Below, piece by piece: positions 1-10,626 of a stretch of DNA of 64,000 nt; position 1 is the first letter of the stretch, and each line of letters opens with the position of its first letter. The notes below the pieces were generated by a model. It made no database searches. It saw nothing but the letters and a program-made list of their open reading frames with translations, and was not told the DNA's origin. The DNA is from Cirrosporium novae-zelandiae (taxonomy: Eukaryota). A program made the translations under genes and the position numbers. The stretch lies in contig JAPETS010000002.1 of NCBI GenBank assembly GCA_026023565.1, positions 806,001 to 870,000 of the forward strand. Direction: 5' to 3'.

Positions 1-378
1 TTCTTGTCGATCCTTCAGCTAAGATCGGAAAGAACTGTCGCATTGGACCTAATGTTACTATTGGTCCAAATGTTGTGGTTGGTGATGGCGTCCGACTCCA
101 AAGATGTGTTCTACTAGCAGGAAGCAAAGTCAAGGATCATGCCTGGATTAAGTCAACCATCGTCGGATGGAATAGCACAGTAGGCAAGTGGGCTCGGTTG
201 GAGAATGTATCGGTACTGGGTGATGATGTTACGATTGGAGATGAGATATACGTGAATGGGGGTTCCATTCTTCCCCACAAATCTATCAAGCAGAATGTTG
301 ATGGTGAGTTTACCCTCGAATTTATTCCTACAGTTAAGAGTACTAAGTTTATTACTAGTTCCTGCAATTATCATGTAA
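1..378 (+). CDS. PSA1: Mannose-1-phosphate guanyltransferase (GDP-mannose pyrophosphorylase), 3' part; 5' end lies outside the window
   Basis: Hexapeptide-repeat region [38 protein letters not shown]...[16 protein letters not shown]...[11 protein letters not shown]. Intron 304-358 (GTGAGT...TACTAAG...TAG) gives the typical C-terminus NVDVPAIIM* (TAA 376-378). Confidence 0.93.
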
Positions 379-1250
379 GAGGCGTTTGTGTCATGGGATT
401 CCCAATGAACTGTGGAGGTTCATCGGAGGTGTTGTTGAATTAGCTTAGGTATCTGGTCTGCATCCTCAGGCATGGCGTTGACGTGCTGTTTCGGGTTTAT
501 GGCATATTGCAACTGGTATGCATTCATGATCTTCGATCTGTCCGTAAAAAGTACTTCACTCCTCCAATCAGAACATTCTAACATTGTTTGGATTGAGGTG
601 GTTGAGAATCGCATAGCTAGATGAAGCTTGTGGGAATGAGTGAGTACGGATGATATGAGGCTACTTGTATTGGTAGAATGTTTGTGGGATCGTATGGACG
701 GGAAAAACAATACGGGATAGCCTACTTAATATGATGAAGATAGCTAAATAAGCGTGGTTGCATTATCTTAAGGTGCATGCCAAGGTAGATGGTAGATGAT
801 AGAAAGCAGTATAATCCACTTTAGGGCTGATGCGGAACGGGGTTTGTGTGAAGGCGATGCCGAGGGGTACAGCTAGCATAAAAATAATGTATGGAGGGGT
901 AATATAAGGAAGAGCTAAGAGCTATCATGATGCTTCAATTTTCTTACCTGGAAATATACAACTAGACAAACTTACCATCCAAAATAACGCCATTAAGATT
1001 TCAAAAAACCTTACCATGCTGATTCACCAACCTGTTACCCAGGCAATAATGCAGCTTTGATATGAATCATTTTGTGACAAAGGTGCTTGCCAAATCCCGC
1101 ATCTCTACATTCTGCCTGATTGGAACCACGATCACTATTTTCCATATATTTTACCAACATACCATATTTCTAACTCCCTCGAACTTCCATCAATATCACC
1201 AGGATTTGCGACACTAATAAGTAGCCAAAGAAAGCTGAGGCTGATTCACT

Positions 1251-2470
1251 ATGTCTCTTAAGTATAACTCCCAAACTTCAAGTAATCCTAATATTCTAAC
1301 GGACGTCTTTAGCTGGGTGATGCTCCACCCGAATGAGGGATTTGTGCGCCTACCTAACGAACGTGTCGTGTATATTTCTCCAAACCGTACTACTTTATCC
1401 CTTCAGACTCCAAATAAATATCCAGGGAGAAATCCACTATCCATACAAAGCAGTGCTGGAAAGTTATACCTGACAAACCAGAGGGTACGTACCCCACTTT
1501 TCAAACCCACACGACAAGACACATGCTCTGTATAACGTGAGCCGGAAATCCATTTGAAATATCATTGCTATTTCTACCTTGAAGGTTTAGCCAGGTCACT
1601 CAGCATAAACCTGTCCCTGTGTTTAAACAGGATTGGCAAATTTTTGTGACCACAATGATAGCCCGGCCCGGAGAGTCCTCCAAGTAGGACAAGGATTGCC
1701 TCCTAGCCACGAGCGTTGCCAAGTGTCTTCGATCCAAGATTCATCTACTCTACTCCGCGGGTAGCAATGGCGATGCAGGACTAGCTAGTTTTTGAGAATG
1801 GTGTTCTTGTCGTGTGGTTTTGATATTGAATATGTGGTCCTCATGCTGATTCTGATAGATAATATATCTTCCATCCAACCAAACCGAGCAACTCCAATCC
1901 TTCTCCGCCCCACTCCTTAATCTGCACGACACTCATATCTCCGCCCCTTTCTTCGGGCCCAATTCCTGGAATGCTATCCTACAACCCGTTCCAGGAGGGG
2001 GCATACCACCTAATCACTCAGCTGTAGAGCTGAAATTTGTTTTCAAAGATGGCGGAGCTTATGATTTTCACAACGACTTTGAAAGACTTAAAGAAAGAAC
2101 ACAACAAGCTGTGGAGGTTGCCAGGGAAAGTGGGCAAATAACAGGAGATGGCTCGGAGACTGGTGCTGGACGTGGAGGCGCATACTCTGCTCTCAACTTT
2201 GGAAATATTGATCTGGAGGAACTACCCGCGTATGAAGCTAGGGATAGTCACCCTGCTGAAACGGGACCGTCACTAGGAGCTCCTCCAGATTCTGTAATCT
2301 CTGGAACAAATTCTACACCGCAGGCTCCAATCAATGAAGTATCCTCCCCAACACAACCTAGGGATACCTCTCCTAACCATCCATCGGGCCCACCACCTGG
2401 CTATGAGGAAGTCCAGTCTTCCAGTATAGCGGACGAACTAGAACGGAGACTGCGCCGGGATTCCACTTGA
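1251..2470 (+). CDS. WW-domain-binding protein 2 (WBP2)/GRAM-like protein with PPxY motifs
   Basis: Exons 1251-1261, 1313-1484, 1859-2470. Spliced product MSLNWVML...GKLYLTNQRIIYLP...SFSAPLLNL...PFFGPNSW...LKFVFKDGGAYDF, then LPAY and PPPGY motifs. Introns 1262-1312 and 1485-1858 are GT-AG with branch points. Confidence 0.8.
1501..1823 (+). ncRNA. Candidate highly structured intronic RNA element of unknown class, in intron 2 of the WBP2-like gene
   Basis: Perfect 13-bp closing stem CCACACGACAAGA (1507-1519) / TCTTGTCGTGTGG (1805-1817), about 8 nested helices, and a loop-to-strand pseudoknot GGTCAC/GTGACC. G-U pairs favour the + strand. Folded by hand only. Confidence 0.6.
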
Positions 2471-3054
2471 TAATAAGACCTTGAGTCTAATTAAATCATT
2501 CTTGATACATATTTCTGGGACGCATGGGATTACCTGCACTCAAGTCTGGGAAGCCTTCGGGTAGGAGTTACGCGATGGAATGGGCATCATTACGACCCGG
2601 AAATCATATGGCTTCAAGTTCAATATGACTTCTTTGCACTTTTCCGAAATAATGATTGATGGTAATGAATGGGGAACGGCAATACCAAAGGTTTCTGGAA
2701 TAAGCCGGTTTTATGTACTAGTATTCTTCAAGTTAGCCTACATTACGATGTCTGATACACTCAGTTCTGACATGCTGAGGTGAAAATACTCTTATAGATG
2801 AAATTCGAACCGATACACAATTTTTAAACAGGACATTTCCCAACGTCACACTCTGTCGTTACGTTTAAATGTGGGACTATAAATAAAGGGTTGTATGCTT
2901 GAACTATGTGACTGTACATCGTATCGTAAATGGAATTTCCTGATGGGCTCATTACCTAAATATATTTAATACCGATATTTTAATAGGGCTGTAAAATGTT
3001 TCCATTTTCTTCATAAAAGTCACGTGTTATTTATCATCCCGTAAGCTCCCTCAG

Positions 3055-3074
3055 CCAATCATATCTCGCCCATT
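3055..3074 (+). promoter_or_regulatory. CCAAT box (HAP/CBC site) upstream of QCR6, also matching the bipartite CSAAT-N12-RWT HapX-type motif
   Basis: CCAATCA at 3055-3061 with ATT at 3072-3074. Further CCAAT/ATTGG copies near 3104 and 3163. About 190 nt upstream of a respiratory-chain gene. Confidence 0.45.
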
Positions 3075-3247
3075 CAACTCCGTCGGATTTTCGTTCACTC
3101 CGGATTGGATTTGATTTCCATCAGCAACCTTGACCTCAAAGTACTCCCTCAGATTTCCGCCGCCAATAAACCAACTCTTCTCAATTGACCGAAAAGTTTC
3201 GAAGGCACTATCAATCCTCATCATCTCCACTCACTATCGTAATCACA

Positions 3248-4045
3248 ATGGGTCTTGCCGACCTTTTCTCATCCCTCTTCACTGAAGTTCACGCCGAGGC
3301 CCCGCCGGCTGAGGAGGAACCCCAACAGGAAGAGGAGGAGAGCAAGGAAGAAGAAAAGGAGGAGGAGGCTGGAGAGGAGGAGGAAGAAGAGGAAGAGGAG
3401 GAGGAACCCGAGGACATTAAGCCAAAGCTTGAGGAGGGTGAGTTCTTTGCTGTCTTTTCTTCGGGTGGGGGGTTTGTTGGTAAAAGAAGGGAAGGGTTAG
3501 GACAGAGGGGAAAAGCAGAGGATACATGAGTGAATCTCATGAAAAATTTTGATTTTGCTCTGATTTCCCCCAATGAGGAAAATTCGAGCTTCTCCACACC
3601 CCGACCCCCAAAAACGACTCAAATCCTCCTTCTGTCCGATTCCCAATGTCCTACCTGAAAATATACCACCAGCTAACATGATCCCTCTCCTACCCACAGA
3701 ATGCGCCAATTCTGCCCAATGTGCCCCAGCTAAGCACCACTACGATGAATGTGTTGAACGTGTCACCCGCCAGCAAGAAGACGAGGATTACAAGGGCCCC
3801 AAGGAAGACTGCGTTGAGGAATGTACGTTTAGGGAAATGCTCTTCTTCTTTTTGCCGCTACAGTTGCTCTCTCAAAGCCCCCCCCAAGAACATGACCGCT
3901 CTTTTGGGTTTTGATTTGTATTGAAATGCTGAATTGCGGGAACATGCAATGCCGATACTGACGATATTTTTAAAATCTAGTCTTCCATCTCACCCACTGC
4001 GCGACAGCCTGCGCGGCCCCCAAGTTGTTCAGTCAACTCAAGTAG
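3248..4045 (+). CDS. QCR6: Cytochrome b-c1 complex subunit 6 (hinge protein)
   Basis: Exons 3248-3437, 3700-3822, 3981-4045. Acidic Glu-rich N-terminus, then EDIKPKLEEECANSAQCAPAKHHYDECVERV...EDCVEEFFHLTHCATACAAPKLFSQLK*. Confidence 0.95.
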
Positions 4046-4753
4046 ATCTTGCATATTTTTTTTGAGCCAAGCATGTTACATTGACCGTTGAAAGATATCC
4101 ACTCAGAGATGGAGTGACTGTGGAGAATAAAACCAAGGGGCGGGCCGGTCTGTGGAGACAAATGGAAAATCGCAAGCAACCTCATCTTGAGCATGTTTTC
4201 ATGTGGACCAGAACCAATGTCCAACAACACCATCTACGCCCTTGTACAGCGCTTCTATTTTTTTTATTCATCGACAATAGATGCTCTCTGCACCTTTTCT
4301 CCTCCTATCACGCTTTTGTAGAATATAAACATCTGATTTGCAAAACTCTCGGGAGCTTCTATCCAGAGAAAATTATGTTGTACCTACATGCAAAAATCCC
4401 TTCACTTCTAGAAAAAGCCAATACCGTTCTTCGCAAGGGGGGTAGTAAGAAATCCCATATTTACAACTGTAAACAATCAAGAAATAATTCCACGTCCATC
4501 AGCCCAAAAAGGAATAATCCATGTTTAAAAAAAACCTTTTCCTTCACTAAAGAACCCCATTTTTTCACCTTAACCCTCTTTTCCATATATTCATGAAATA
4601 TATATATAGATTTTGTACCTTACTCGGTACCCAGAAAAATAATCATAAGAAAACAAAGTTGAAATGTCCTTATCCCATATCCTATTCGTGGCCCTCGTAT
4701 ATACAGCTCATGTCCCAGTATTAAAATTAAAAGTTACTTAAGTAAAGGTGGTC

Positions 4754-6404
4754 TTAGACCATGATGCCATCTCCTTCGGACCCGTTCGAGCTATCACTCG
4801 GTTGGGCCGGGTTTTGTTTGTCGACTTCCAGTCTCCTAGCATGGACAGAGCTGCCAAACCAACCTAGATATAGAGGCAGGGGCACCACCGCCAGAGCGAC
4901 GACTGCCTGAAAGATGAGGGCTTTTTTCATTGACAATGGGGGAGATCCATCTTCCCCTTCTCTCAGCGCATCGCTGATGATAATAAAAATTGCCCCGAGA
5001 AGCTGTCCTCCAGTCCAACAAAATGTGCTACTGACTTCAGGTGATATTGGCCAGATGATCTCGACGAGGTATTCGAGCGCAACCGGAACTAGGGAAAACG
5101 AGGCGGCGCCAAGGACTGCCGAAATTAAATATGGTGCAACAACGGATCCGGATGGTGGCGCCCAGATAAAAGTTAAATAGCAGAGGGCAATCACCGGGAC
5201 GAGAATCTTGAGGGTGAGGAGGTAACACTTGAAACGGTCTACTAGAGGAGATGTTATTGCGGCACTAATGAGGCCGACTATTATGAGAAGTCCGCCAGTG
5301 ATACCGGCGTCGGTTTCGGAGAAATCATAGGGTTCAAGAAATTGGTTTATGAGGGTGGAAAAAGAATTGAAGAAGCCAACGTATACGGAAAAAGGAATAA
5401 ATATTAGGTAGAAATTGGTGGATTTTGCGAGTTGGGGGATTGTGACACGGAGAGATGTCTTAAGCACGGAGGATGAGATAGAGGGTGGAGTAGGAGGGCG
5501 TGCGGGGATGAAAAAGGAAGGTAAGGCAGCAATGCTAGACTGAAGACAATGTCAGTCTCTTCTCAAACAAGCAATAAAAGACATAACCTACGATGATCGA
5601 TATGACCAACACCAACCTCGGAACATCATGAGGTTTTGACACCAGGAACGGGTCAATAAGCTGGGCAAATGCTCCTCCAAATGGATTGGCCAAGCTGGCA
5701 ACTGCAGTGGCACTAATTCTACCTCGATCAGTAAACCACAAGTCACTGTATCTGGTCGGAGCCGCCAGGACAAATGGTTGAGCTAAGCCAATCAAGACCT
5801 GTCCCAGCATAACCACCCCATAGATTCCACCGGAGACCACAGTCCCTATGTAGCGAACCCAATTTCCAACAAGGAGCAGAGCTGCAGCAATTATAATCGA
5901 AGGCTTAGGTCCACCTTTGTTTAGAATCCATATCACGAAGCTGATAAGTGTCAGTCTTATGCATATCATTAGTAAAAGGGAGGCGGGGCATTTTACGGAG
6001 CTGCCACGCAGAAGGCGAAGAGAAAGCCGGTGCTGATCCAATTGATATCAGATTCAGACACATTGTAATAGCTGGCAGAGGTTTTCGAGGAGGCGGAGAA
6101 AGTAAGCCACTGTACGAGATGACTTAGTAACAGGGAGATGGATAAAACGGTGGAACAAATTGCGATCGCATACATCCCAGCTCACGATGATATTTAGAAG
6201 TACCAGCTGAGCGAGCCCAAACCACCTTCTCTTGTAAGTCTTATATACTACCGGCGCGCTCTCCATTGTTGCCATTTCATGAGCATCTTCGGGCTGAGAA
6301 CGTTGTCCATTCTCTGGTTCCACTGGGTTTTGCGAGCTGTCGGAATGATATTCATGCAACTCTTCGAGGGTGGTTAAACCCTTCAGACCGTTGTCTCCTA
6401 ACAT
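4754..6404 (-). CDS. Major facilitator superfamily transporter, FLVCR/SLC49-like
   Basis: YKTYKRRWFGLAQLVLLN, GQVLIGLAQPFVLAAPTRYSDLWF..RGRISATA...NPFGGA and many TM helices across ORFs 6054-6419, 5993-6175, 5535-6041 and 4754-5467, joined by three short introns. Start codon uncertain. Confidence 0.85.
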
Positions 6405-6820
6405 GATAATTTCGTTCAATGATGTGGCTATTGAAGGAGTAGTCGCTGAAGGTCGAGATACACTGACGTGCGGGGGAAGAGGGGGTAATCAATGAAGGGG
6501 CCAAGTGAAGGACATGGGAGACCAGACATGATAAAGCGGAAAGCGCTGATTTGCGTCAGGATGAACAGCTGGACAAGATAATGTCGGTGGAAAAAAATGC
6601 CAGAAAGGTCTTCTTCCAAAGGAGCCTATCAAAGAAAACAGAAACCTTATCAGGGAAAATGAGCATATTGGAGTATCCTATTTAGTAGAACGGGCCGTGC
6701 TAGGTTGCTGTCAAAAGGTGTGGACCGAAAGCGTCAAAAAACGGAAGATACAAAGAACCCGTTACCGAGGTCCTGTCAAATGCAAGAAATTATGAATGGC
6801 TTGTCATACTTGACATATTC

Positions 6821-6925
6821 GGGATTGGTATTGGGATTGGTATTGGTATGGTATGGTATCGAAAGGTATCGAAAGGTATCGAAAGGTATCGAAAGGTATT
6901 AAAAAGGTATCAGAAGGTATCAAAA
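6821..6925. repeat. Tandem repeat (GGTATCGAAA)x4 plus degenerate copies, in the divergent promoter region
   Basis: Four perfect 10-mers at 6855-6894, flanked by GGTATT/GGTAT variants. Confidence 0.85.
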
Positions 6926-7749
6926 GCCTTTATTGATTCAGTATTGAGTCGTATTCGTATATATATTCCCGTCCATCTCTTTATTAATTAGGTAATCATT
7001 CCTTATTGTTGATTGCTCCATCTTTCCCACCTGGCTTCCTTTTCCTTTTTTCTTTCTTTCTTTCTTTTTCTCCCCCTTGCCTCATCTTAAACCCTAAGTT
7101 AAAGCCCATGATAGACATAACGGGACAGGGTAAACCCCAGTCACCCCCTTCTTGAAATTTATCCAATTATGAAGCCATGGAAGCATTAAACTGTATTCAA
7201 CTGCATTAAACTGCATCTAAACTTGGTTAGGCTGCTTAAGGCTTGGAGGAACGAAGCTTTACCTCATTGATCGGCGCGCGTGCCCCTTGTCTATTCCTCC
7301 TTTGGAATTTTTTCTTGGTCTTGGCTTCTGGACGGCTGTGAGAAATTGGTATCCTTGGATGTATATTCGTAACTGCTGAATTAAGGGTGTTCGTTCGTTT
7401 GTTTGTTCGTCCTTTCACAAGGATCATGAGAAACGATTGACGCCAAATAACTATTCCCTAATTTTCTCACTCATGATATAACGAAGTCTCCAATATCCTC
7501 TCCAACCTTTTCTAATTCATGCATTCTCAGGTACGACAACCATCCCCAAAAACATTCAAGAGAAACTACTTCTCTCCCCTTCCTTTAGGAATTCCTTTCG
7601 GTCTATTTATGATGCTGACGACCCACCCAGACTATCTTACTTAGATCTAATTTAAGCATCTGAAGATGGAACTTCGATGACTACTTACCATTAATTAATT
7701 CTCCCGCCCGCGAGCATTACGACTACTCTTTAATATCTCTCCACCAAAC

Positions 7750-10626
7750 ATGAATGGTCTCGGCTTCCATCATGGGTCCTATGGCGACCCCCGGCAGAAC
7801 TCCCATATGGTGTCCCCTCCGCCGAACAAAGTACTTTTAGATGGATACAAGGAATCCTTCGAGACCTCGATTGAAGAGAGGCCGAGGTATAATCCTGTAA
7901 GGACTATAGCAGGATACATCTTCACTCATTAGCTGACATGTTGAAGCTCAATAAGGCGCGGCCTCGAAGTTCCGCACTTCTCAACATCAATGATCCCGTC
8001 GTGATGCACCTCCTGATGGAGACGGCTATGGCTGATAGTCGGGAATATGAGGTGCTCTCTTATGAAGAGATTGAGGAAATCAAGAAGGAACTTTCTCTCT
8101 TAAACAGTCGGATCGATGCCACCAAGCGCAAATTAGCTCTCGAAAGCAAGCTCCGTGATGCAGCTCAGTCGCTTCATCGACTTTATTCCCCTAAAAGCCG
8201 GAACAGCAATTCAGAGGAAACCATAACCTCACCAAAACGAACATCACGGCGGATAAGCCTACTAGGTCACAGGCACGAAGGAAGTGACCCTATACGCCAA
8301 TCCGATGATGAATTTGCAATTAGCACCCGAAAATGTGAAGACTTGGCTCAAGAGTTATGGAAGCTTGAGGGACGTGCTCAAGATATCCAAATGAGACTGC
8401 TACAACATACTGCTGGGATTCTGCAAATGACCCACAAGGGTATTATTCAGAACGACTCGGGCAACTACACCCTTCCAATTAGTCCAGAAAGCATGAGTAG
8501 AGGCAGTCTTCCAACGATTGATTCCATTGATGACTTTGACGAGAGGAGCCTGTATAGACCAGTTGAACTTTTCGACGCTATATTTGACGGAAAAGCACAC
8601 AGCAACATGAGATCTGAAGATGAAACGAAGCGTGACACCATCTTTGCGCAACAATCATTGGCCATCCAAGATACAGAGAGGAAGCTTGAATCCTTGAACA
8701 AGCGGATGCACGAAATGATTCTTGAGGCGAATCCTGCCAATCCAATTGAACCCCCTCCACAAGCGTCAGAGGATGATGACAATCTAGCGTCTGAATTGAA
8801 CTTACAACCACATCTTGATTATTTGGAAAATGGGATTATGATGCTCCATAACAATCAAACTACGCATGAGCAAGAATCTGAAAAATCGGCAATTGACGTC
8901 GAACGAAAGTTAGAAAATCTTAATCATCACCTGCATGAGATACTATGTCAAGCCGACGCAGCTCCCCTTGGCTCTATACAGCCTCCGCCAAGAGCCACGG
9001 GAACGACTGCACAAGTCCAAATTGAGTATATGACCGCTGCATTGGACAGGATAGAACATAATCCGGATAGTATGACGACAACTCGCCCTCATAATAATAA
9101 TACAGATAAAGCGGATGAATATCAGACTGTCTTAACTGGATTGTGGGACATCATAGTTGCCGGCGAAGAAGACGCTCAACGATGGAGATCAGCGCAGAAC
9201 GATCACCCTAGTAGTCCCCTTTCACCAACTGGTGAACTAACGCCTGAACGCGAGTTCTCTTTACAAGCTTTTTCAATTAAAGTCCAAACAATGCATTCTC
9301 GATACAATAATCTACAAGACCAGAAACATATCTTAACTAGACAGATCCAGCAGCAGCGAGCACTGAATAGCAAATCAGATGCAGAGAAAGATGCTCAATT
9401 TGCAGATTTAACTGAACAGTTAGAGACGCTCAGACGAAACCTTGAGACGAAGCGCCATGAAGCTACCATTTCCCAAGATCAACTTAGCAATGTCCAGGAA
9501 CAACTAGAGTCTTCACAACGGGAACTGTCGTTGCTAACCCAACAAAAGGGTGCTAATGATAGTGCTACTCTGGAGGCAGAAAGAGAAACTCGCCGTGCAG
9601 CGGAAGAGAATTTGCTGGCTCAGTTGAGGCAGAAGGAGGATGACCTTGCGAGGCTTGAGGAAGACCGTCGTGAGGGAGAAGAAGAGTTGCTGGCCCAAAT
9701 GAAAGAGAAGGAAGAAGAGCTGCTAAAGCTTCAAAGCGACTTCGCTGAGATTCGAGACGACGCCGGAATCGCCAAGGTTGAAATGCAGGCCACGATAGAC
9801 GATCTCGAAATGAAGCTGCATCAATCATCCGGCGAGCTCAAAGCTTCGAAAGCTGAATTAATACAACTCTCGGCCACAGTTACTGAGAAAGAAAAGGAAG
9901 TTGAGAAGGTTCAGTCTGAATTGCAGCAATTGGAAGGAGAGGTTGTAAGATTACAGACTGAGTTAACAGTTTCTCGGGCTGAATTGGATGGTGCATATGG
10001 CACTAGAGCCCAACGGGCTGCAGAAGTTGCAGCTAATCCAATGATCCAGAGGGAAATCGATGAGCTCAACGAACGTAATACTGTGCTTACCAAAGAACTC
10101 AACGAACTCAAGACGCATTACGAAGTGGTTACGGGTCAGAATACAGAATTGCAGAAGCGCGTCCAAACGCTCGAGCATGAATTGCAAGAAACGATATCAG
10201 AGTTCGAGTTCATAACCGCACAGGGTATTCAAAACGAAAGAGAACACGAAAATCTGGAGCACACTATCGATGGCTTAAAGGACAGGTGTGAGGCTCTCGA
10301 GGGCCAGCTTAGCGATGAAAAAGTAAGGTGGTTGGGAGTCAAGAGTCCAGGTGCCCAGGTTCGGGAAGGAACAATTGAGAGCACAAGCACGATGGTCTTG
10401 AAGAATGAGTTCAAGAAAATGATGAGAGAGACACGTGCTGAGAACATGAAAGCTCTTAGGGTTTGTTATAATAGCCACTCTTTATTAAGCTTAGTACACC
10501 TAGCTAACAACATATACACAGGCTGAACAAGACGAACGACGGAAGCTTGAAGCCGTCATACGAAATCTAAGGAAGGAACACGGTCCTCGTCGAACGGGGT
10601 TGAGTCAGAGCGTCACAGCCACATGA
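7750..10626 (+). CDS. Long coiled-coil protein with an Uds1 (up-regulated during septation) domain
   Basis: Exons 7750-7896, 7956-10460, 10522-10626. N-terminal DPVVMHLLMETAM.DS.EYEVLSYEEIEEIKKE...LESKLRDAA.SL.RL...LLQHTAGILQ motif, then extensive heptad repeats ending LKNEFKKMMRE..AE..KALRAEQ.ERRKLE. Confidence 0.8.

Noticed and set aside
1690..1780. HDV-like ribozyme resemblance (GCCTCCTAGC...GCAATGG) within the structured intron
   Set aside because: I could not build P1, P1.1 (GG) and P2 in the required nested double-pseudoknot order.
4081..4596. 171-aa ORF after QCR6
   Set aside because: Non-ATG start, lies in convergent 3'-UTR space, no recognisable features.
6855..6894. Direct repeats considered as CRISPR-like
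   Set aside because: Head-to-tail 10-mers with no spacers, in a eukaryotic genome without cas genes.
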